NCBI GenBank assembly: GCA_963920595.1
Contig: OY986948.1
Location: 1,488,001-1,552,000 of the forward strand
Source of the DNA: Eimeria praecox
Taxonomy: Eukaryota
Direction of reading: 5' to 3'
Length of the DNA stretch: 64,000 nucleotides
The notes beneath the pieces were generated by a model, which saw nothing but the letters and a program-made list of their open reading frames with translations, made no database searches and was not told the origin of the DNA. The stretch's first letter is position 1, and each line of letters starts with the position of its first letter. This document shows positions 62,081 to 64,000 of this stretch, piece after piece. Both the position numbers and the translations under genes were made by a program.

Positions 62081-64000
62081 GGCTTCCTTTTGTTTCGCTT
62101 CATCTCCAGGCCTCAACAGCTGTACGCTGCTGGCCCCAGCACGACTGAAATTGCCTTCACAGAATTCTTTTAGGGTTTAGGGTTTAGGGTTTAGGGTTTA
62201 GGGTTTAGGGTTTAGGGTTTAGGGTTTGTGTACAGGACGCCCTCTTCACGTGCGCTCGTTGGCGATTAGTGGTGGCCATGCAGAAGCGGCTCTTTGCCTC
62301 TTTGCTGAGGTTCGTCTCCTCTCTGCTCCTCCACTTGCATGCATGCATGCATGCATGCACCCATATTGCATGCATGCATGCACCCATATTGCATGCATGC
62401 ATGCATGTATGCATGCATGCATGCATGCATACTTGTGGTGAGAAGGGAGGGTTTTATGTTTCCTGGGTTTGCAGATTTGTGTGTATTTGAAGCTTTTGTC
62501 TTGTGTTGAAGTCATTCAAGAAATAATAATTATTATTTATTGTGGGGTTTAGGGGAATAATCAAGCTGTCTGTACACCTCAGCATGTTCTGAAAGCCTGC
62601 GGTGTCTCTGCAGACAAGAGGCTGCTTTCTTTGATCTAAACAGCACCGGCACCCTCGCCAGTCGCATCGTGAACGACACAGAAGATATGCAGGCAAATAA
62701 AACCCTAAACCCTAACCCTAAATCTTAAACCCTAAACCCTAAACCACTGCAAGAAGGATGCAAACAACATGGGGGCTAGGGGTTTAGTGTTTAGGGTTTA
62801 GAGCTTCAGCCCTGGGGGTTCGCAACGCACGATATGCCGGGCTTTGTGGGAGTTGTTGGGTGCATGTAATACAAAGGGCTTCAAAATTAAGGGTCTAGGG
62901 TTTAGGGTTTAGGGTTTAGGGTTTAGGGTTTAAGGGTTGCATGCATGCAGCAAGTTGTGACAAGCGGCGCACAGAAGCTGCTGTCTTCTTTAGTCAATGC
63001 ATCTGTGGGGGTCTTCTTGATGTTTCGGCTGTCTCCTCAAATGACGGCCCTCGGATTGCTGGCTGTCCCCTGCGTCTTAGTAGGTACTGGGGGGGCTGCC
63101 CGCGCAATCGGAAACCTAGGTAAACCCTAAACCCTAAACCCTAAACCCTAAACCCTAAACCCTAAACCCTAGATGCTAGATCGAAAACATTAGGGGTTGG
63201 ACTACACACGTGCTTCCTTCTCTGCTGGCTCCTTGGTGGGCATCCTTCAGGATCTAGGGGTTAGGGCTTAGGGTCTAGGGTTTAGTGGATTTGATGGAGC
63301 CGCAAGTAGTTTGCACGGTTTAGGGTTTAGGGTTTATAAAACTAGCTGAGGGTTTATTTCTCTGTCAGAGCCCCTTAGACACAACCCATAGCTGTTTAAG
63401 GCTGTCAGTTTATAGTGAGAGCCGAGGGTTTAAGGAGAGGCTTTGCTGCTCAGTAGCTATGTCTCTTCTGGTGTGTACGTACGTACTAACCTGCAAGAAG
63501 GAGCAGGCACCTGCATATGGCTTGCATGCATACATACATGCATACAAGGTTGTGTGTGGATGCATGCATGCATGCATGCATGCAAGTTTGTGTGTCCGCG
63601 TGGGCGTGGATGCATGCAGGGCTGCTGCAGAACGATCTGCTAGCAGACATATCTGCAATTGCTACGGAGGTGCTGGCGAATGTGTATACCGTCAAAGCCA
63701 ACGCTGCAGAGGCCATTGAACTTCAGGTACCCCAACACGCCTCTTTGGGGCTGCATGCATGCATGCATGCATGCATGCATGCATGCATGCATGCGTGCAT
63801 GCGTTGGTGTTTGCATGCATGCGTTTGAATGCATGCGTTTGCATGCGTGTTTGGGGCTGTTCAGCGTTACAGTGCATGCCAAGAGGCGTCGCTGAGGGTG
63901 CTGAGGGAGGGGGTTATAGCGGAGTCCTTCTTTAAGCAAGCAAAGCAGTTGCTGCTGCTGGCGACAGATTTGGGGCTGCTTGCCTTTGGTGCGTCTTCCT
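60349..64000 (+). CDS. ABC transporter subfamily B (transmembrane domain), 5' part, with N-terminal signal + transit-like leader; runs off window end
   Basis: Exons are 60349-61103, 61525-61810, 62236-62309, 62614-62692, 62951-63119, 63620-63726 and 63865->end. The translation includes MQKRLFASLLRQEAAFFDLNSTGTLASRIVNDTEDMQ (ABCB TMD signature LL.Q...FFD...G.L.SR...D), VFLMFRLSPQMTALGLLAVP and ISAIATEVLANVYTVKANAAEAIELQRY. The nucleotide-binding domain is not in the window. Confidence 0.88.
61104..61524. repeat. (CTG)n-rich intron of the ABCB gene
   Basis: The intron (GTCTG donor 61104, TGTAG acceptor 61524) is almost entirely CTG/GTG triplets. Confidence 0.85.
61832..62227. repeat. (TA)n x2 and (TTTAGGG)n arrays in ABCB intron 2
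   Basis: (TA)n at 61832-61887 and 61994-62077. (TTTAGGG)n at 62169-62227, ending 8 nt before the acceptor. Confidence 0.95.
62336..62430. repeat. (TGCA)n / TGCATGCA array, intronic
   Basis: Tandem TGCA palindromes with two CACCCATAT interruptions. Confidence 0.95.
62699..63335. repeat. Telomere-type arrays in both orientations within ABCB introns 4 and 5
   Basis: CCCTAAA at 62699-62745 and 63121-63171. TTTAGGG at 62777-62801, 62888-62938 and 63255-63335. Confidence 0.92.
63522..63846. repeat. (TGCA)n arrays flanking ABCB exon 63620-63726
   Basis: TGCATGCA runs at ~63522-63619 and ~63752-63846. Confidence 0.92.

Noticed and set aside
62169..63335. TTTAGGG arrays as a chromosome end or telomere fusion
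   Set aside because: They are short, sit inside introns of an intact gene and occur in both orientations. Interstitial telomere-type repeats are a known Eimeria feature.
62205..63939. MHAC/CMHA repeat ORFs
   Set aside because: These are translations of (TGCA)n intronic arrays.
1..64000. CRISPR array, operon or other prokaryotic system; rRNA, snRNA or organellar insert
   Set aside because: The sequence is eukaryotic with spliceosomal introns. I saw no repeat-spacer array and no rRNA, U-snRNA or mitochondrial/apicoplast gene signature.

Overview
This is eukaryotic, intron-rich apicomplexan DNA, very likely Eimeria or a close coccidian. The last ~10 kb carry the Eimeria repeat signature: CAG/CTG triplets, interstitial TTTAGGG telomere-type repeats, and TGCATGCA, AGCT and TA arrays. 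The first ~54 kb are almost free of simple repeats, so the window appears to cross a repeat-poor (P) to repeat-rich (R) segment boundary. I can support five genes by manual splicing. (1) A 3xAP2 + C-terminal ACDC ApiAP2 factor (1381-6777, +). (2) A second ApiAP2 factor with a split N-terminal ACDC-like region and 2 AP2 domains (~10283-15194, +). (3) An EF-hand + WD40 protein of the WDR49/WDR64/EFCAB8 type (43983 to ~36678, -). (4) An LRR + coiled-coil LRRC45-like protein (~54478-59064, +). (5) The 5' part of an ABCB transporter with a predicted bipartite apicoplast-type leader (60349 to window end, +). The ~20 kb gene-poor stretch (15-35 kb) holds a decayed LTR-retrotransposon relic and a long near-perfect hairpin. 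A second long hairpin lies at 47.6 kb, near an unidentified coding-like region. The most interesting hypothesis is that R-segment introns carry mutually or self-complementary repeat arrays near their ends, including one intron that appears to use a GC donor, which could bridge splice sites through RNA structure. All gene models come from reading the sequence; no searches were run.
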